Below, in pieces: positions 60,941 to 64,000 of a DNA stretch of 64,000 nt. Made by a program: the position numbers and the translations under genes. This stretch comes from Dehalococcoidia bacterium. Lineage in GTDB: Bacteria > Chloroflexota > Dehalococcoidia > Lucifugimonadales > UBA3495. The stretch lies in contig OZ241919.1 in the NCBI GenBank assembly GCA_965203835.1, positions 596,188 to 660,187 of the forward strand, given 5' to 3'. Position 1 is the first letter of the stretch. The number at the start of each line of letters is the position of its first letter. The notes below the pieces were generated by a model that ran no database searches, was not told the DNA's origin, and was given only the letters and a program-made list of their open reading frames with translations.

Positions 60941-62968
60941 CTATGCGACCCGTTTCCGACGGTTGTTCACGTAGTCCACAAGGACGTACTCGCCCAGGTT
61001 GGACGAGCTGGAGTAGAAGGCCCTGCCGCGGTTGATGCGGGTCAAGCGGTCGACGAAGTTGACCAGTTGGTAGGAGTTCTCCAGCATGAAGGTGTTTATC
61101 CGGATGTCCTCCTGCGTGCACCGCTTGACCTCTTTCAAGGTCTCTTGCTCGGTGCGGTAGCTGGGAGGATAGCTGAAGAATGACCGATCGCCCTCCAAGT
61201 GGGCGGTGGGTTCCCCGTCGGTAATCAACAGTACCTGCCGCGTGCTGCCTTTTTCCTTGCTCAACAGTTTCCGGGCCAGCAGCAGGGCGTGGTGCAGGTT
61301 GGTGCCGGAGACCCACGCATTCCAGCTTGACTTGGCCAGGTCTTCCTCGGCGATCTCACGGGCGTAGTCGGAGAAGCCGATGACGAACACCTTGTCCCTG
61401 GGGTATTGAGTCCGGATAAGCGCCATCAACGCCAGGGTCACTTTCTTGGCCGATTGGAAGTTATCGAACAAGCCCATCGACCGGCTCTGGTCTAACAACA
61501 CCGCCGTAGCGGCGCGGGTGACGTGCTCGTTGCGGTAAATCTCGAAGTCCTTGATGTCCAAGCGTACCGGCAACTCTGATCCGCCACGCAGGACGGCGTT
61601 TTTCAGGGTGGCCTGGAGGTCTACTTGGAAGGGATCGCCAAACTCGTAGGGCTTGGTCTCCCCCAGCACGTCGCCGTTGGAGCCGCGAACGTCCATCTGG
61701 TGGTCGCCCACCCGGTCCTTCTTGAGGTGGGTGAAAACCTCTCGCAATGCCTTCTGACCGATGCGCCGGATTCCCCTAGCGGTCAGGTCCATCCTATCGT
61801 CGTTGGTGACGTAACCCGCATCCTGCAAAAGCTGTCGCAGCCGGTCGAGCTCCTCCCAAGCGCGCCGGGCCTCTTCCCCAAGCAACTCAGCTAACTGCTC
61901 AGGGTCGATGTCGTCCAACTGCCCCGTCCGCATCGCTTGCTGGAGCGCCTGCTCGAGTTGGTCCAAGTCCTGAAGTTGACGCATCATCTCCATGGCCTGC
62001 TCCATGGTCATGGAGTCGTCGCCCAGGAACGGGTACTGGCGGCGCAACTCGTCCATGGGCATAAGCTGTTCCATCAGCGCGGCGAACTGGGCCATCTGCC
62101 GCCGCATCTGTGGGTCAAGGGCCGCCTCCATAGCATCTTCCAACTCCCTGCGCATCTCCGGGGACATGCTTTCCATCAGCGACTGCATCTGGGCAAGTTG
62201 CTGTTGCAACATCTCCATCAGCTCTTCGAAGCTCTGGGGAGGGTTGGGGCCGAATGCGCCGCCGAACTGTTCCATGAAGCCGTCGAAATCCGGTTCCAGT
62301 CCTTCCAGTTTGTCCCGTATCATCTGGTTGAGCTGGCGCATCATCTCCTGCATTGCCGCCATTTGATCGGGAGTCATGCCCTGTATCTGGTCCCGCATCT
62401 GCTGGGACATGTTCTGGGCCATCTGGCTCTTGAGCATGTCCAACAGTTCCTGGAACTTCTGCTGGGCCTCCGGGTCCATGAAGTCGTACTCCATGAGTTC
62501 CTGGATCTGGCCGCCAACGCCTTCGGGCAGAGCGTCCAGCTTTTCCCGGTTGCGCTGGGCCCGTTGCTCCAGCAAGTCATACAGGCTTTCCTGCTGGGAC
62601 TTCTCGGCATCGTCGGCGCTGTCGACCTGTTCCCGCGCCTCTTCCATCCGCCGTTGAATGCCCTCGCGTTCGGTCTTGATTATGTCTTCCAGCCGCTCCT
62701 TGAGGTCATCGACCACCGAGTCCATGTTGTATTGCTGTAGCTGCTGACGGCGCTGGTTCTTCAACTGCTCCATCAAGTCCCGCAGGCCGGGCATTTGCTG
62801 CCCATCCCTGGTCTGCAATCCGCGGCGGAACATCTCCCGCAGCGCGCGCATAACATCGCCCTGTTTCAGGATCTCCTCCGACAGCCGGTCCATCAGTTCA
62901 TCGGCGTCCAAGTCGAATATGCGCTGGGAGCCGTCCCATTGGGAATAACGAAAAGTGCGGTAGAGCAT
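60941..62968 (-). CDS. VWA domain-containing protein with a long Gln/Glu/Met-rich helical region
   Basis: C-terminal MIDAS block VLLDQSRSMG...LITDGEPTAH. The N-terminal ~400 aa are a low-complexity coiled coil. Confidence 0.8.
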   Translation of the reverse strand: MLYRTFRYSQWDGSQRIFDLDADELMDRLSEEILKQGDVMRALREMFRRGLQTRDGQQMPGLRDLMEQLKNQRRQQLQQYNMDSVVDDLKERLEDIIKTEREGIQRRMEEAREQVDSADDAEKSQQESLYDLLEQRAQRNREKLDALPEGVGGQIQELMEYDFMDPEAQQKFQELLDMLKSQMAQNMSQQMRDQIQGMTPDQMAAMQEMMRQLNQMIRDKLEGLEPDFDGFMEQFGGAFGPNPPQSFEELMEMLQQQLAQMQSLMESMSPEMRRELEDAMEAALDPQMRRQMAQFAALMEQLMPMDELRRQYPFLGDDSMTMEQAMEMMRQLQDLDQLEQALQQAMRTGQLDDIDPEQLAELLGEEARRAWEELDRLRQLLQDAGYVTNDDRMDLTARGIRRIGQKALREVFTHLKKDRVGDHQMDVRGSNGDVLGETKPYEFGDPFQVDLQATLKNAVLRGGSELPVRLDIKDFEIYRNEHVTRAATAVLLDQSRSMGLFDNFQSAKKVTLALMALIRTQYPRDKVFVIGFSDYAREIAEEDLAKSSWNAWVSGTNLHHALLLARKLLSKEKGSTRQVLLITDGEPTAHLEGDRSFFSYPPSYRTEQETLKEVKRCTQEDIRINTFMLENSYQLVNFVDRLTRINRGRAFYSSSSNLGEYVLVDYVNNRRKRVA

Positions 62969-63066
62969 TCTAACCTCGCCGGACCCGGATACGGCCGCTC
63001 ATGGGCCGGTCAAATGGTTGCCTCATAATACGCTCAGGAATCTTGTGACAGCAAGGGCGGCGCCCT

Positions 63067-63609
63067 TTATAACTCAGTGGGCAACACGAATTGTTTGATG
63101 ATCGTTTCCGCGGCTTCCGCCGGTTGGGTCAGGGAAGTGTCTATGGTCAACAGGGTGTTGGGGACGGGCGGGTACTGGAACGCCTCCGAGTCCCGCAGGG
63201 AACGGTATAGGGCCAGCGAGTGGACCTTGCCGTACTGGAAACGAGAGCAGTCCTCCATCCGCCGCTCCAGCTCCTCCTCAGGGCAGGTGAGTTCGATGAA
63301 TATGACCTCGGCTCCTGCGGCCTGCATGGTTTCGGCAAGGCGTCCTATGAAGTCACGGTGGACGGTACGTTCAGGAGTGAAGGTGAAGACCACGCCGGCA
63401 AGGAGTTCCTCAGCGGCCGCAGTAAGCACCTTCAGCCATACATGCTCCCGGAGTTCAACGAAGGGCGCGCTGCCGAAACCGAATACGGACGTAAGCATGT
63501 CCACCACCAAGTGGTTGTGGAATACCGGAAACCCCGTCCTGGCTCCCAGTTCCCGGGCCACAGTCAGCTTTCCGGAAGCGGCGGGGCCGTAGATACACAA
63601 GAGCAACAT
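63067..63609 (-). CDS. P-loop kinase-like ATPase
   Basis: Walker A IYGPAASGKLT at the N-terminus. 180 aa, a small-kinase-fold size. Confidence 0.65.
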   Translation of the reverse strand: MLLLCIYGPAASGKLTVARELGARTGFPVFHNHLVVDMLTSVFGFGSAPFVELREHVWLKVLTAAAEELLAGVVFTFTPERTVHRDFIGRLAETMQAAGAEVIFIELTCPEEELERRMEDCSRFQYGKVHSLALYRSLRDSEAFQYPPVPNTLLTIDTSLTQPAEAAETIIKQFVLPTEL

Positions 63610-63641
63610 GCAGCGGGTCTATGCCGGCTCTACCTGGCGTT

Positions 63642-64000
63642 TCAGGTGAGCTTTGCTCCCAGAACCCGCTGCAAATGTCCCAAGGCCCACTCGTGCTGCT
63701 CGGGATCGAAAGAGGCGACGCAGTCCGCCGGAATGTCCACCGGGTAGTCCCGGTTGCGGGCGTCGGACGTGGTATGGAGCACACACACATTAGTGGCGAC
63801 GCCGCAGAGGATCAGCTTGTCGGGTTGCAGCCGATCCAAGCGTTGCTCCAGATCGGTGTTGAAGAAGCCGCTGTAACGGTTCTTGGGTATCACGTTCCCA
63901 TCGGTCACAAAACCGGTCAGTTCCTCAATTACATTGGGTTCCTCGGTCCCCTTGACACAGTGGACCGGGAACATCTGGAACTCCAGGTCGTCGGGGTCGT
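63642..64000 (-). CDS. Isochorismatase/cysteine hydrolase family protein (5' end beyond the window)
   Basis: Catalytic block LILCGVATNVCV. The reading frame stays open to the right edge. Confidence 0.75.
   Translation of the reverse strand, partial: DPDDLEFQMFPVHCVKGTEEPNVIEELTGFVTDGNVIPKNRYSGFFNTDLEQRLDRLQPDKLILCGVATNVCVLHTTSDARNRDYPVDIPADCVASFDPEQHEWALGHLQRVLGAKLT

Overview
64-kb bacterial chromosomal window in three blocks. No rRNA, CRISPR array or IS transposase was recognised. Taxon is a low-confidence guess only: gene content and the pyrR-led pyr operon suggest a Chloroflexota-like or Gram-positive-like organism.

(1) 1-12 kb, minus strand: a type 1 BREX core, brxA-brxB-brxC-pglX-pglZ. 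pglZ stops 6 nt from the left edge, so brxL, if present, is off-window. A PAPS-reductase/DndC-like PP-loop gene is transcribed divergently from brxA across a 75-bp AT-rich control region. A retropepsin-like protease two-gene cassette follows.

(2) ~12.3-25.7 kb: a visibly higher-GC integrated mobilizable element abutting tRNA-Ala(UGC). It carries:
- a four-HTH regulator;
- a TraD/VirD4-like coupling ATPase with an apparent 1-nt frameshift;
- a replication-relaxation family protein;
- an array of paralogous small HTH genes;
- an XRE/ImmA pair and an RHH protein;
- a large serine recombinase whose last ~21 codons run antisense through the tRNA gene.

(3) 25.8-64 kb: core genes.
- Transport and membrane: peptide-type ABC transporter without ATPase genes, MMPL transporter, BioY.
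- Redox and metabolism: thiolase, GMC oxidoreductase, NHL protein, three SDRs (two in tandem), LLM oxidoreductase, TlpA-like redoxin, ornithine cyclodeaminase-like protein, ferredoxin.
- Other: Trm112, endonuclease III-like protein, sfsA, LysR regulator, pyrF, a VWA protein.
- A pyrR-pyrB-pyrC-carA-(ORF)-carB operon with a PyrR attenuator.

Points the ORF track does not explain:
- A UGSC-type selenoprotein gene, split in the track by an in-frame TGA at 36603.
- A REP-like palindromic element family (GGATTCCCGC-N4-5-GCGGGAATGAC), present between genes and inside coding sequences.
- Two 1-nt frameshifts confined to the mobile element.
- Several repeat arrays in its non-coding regions.
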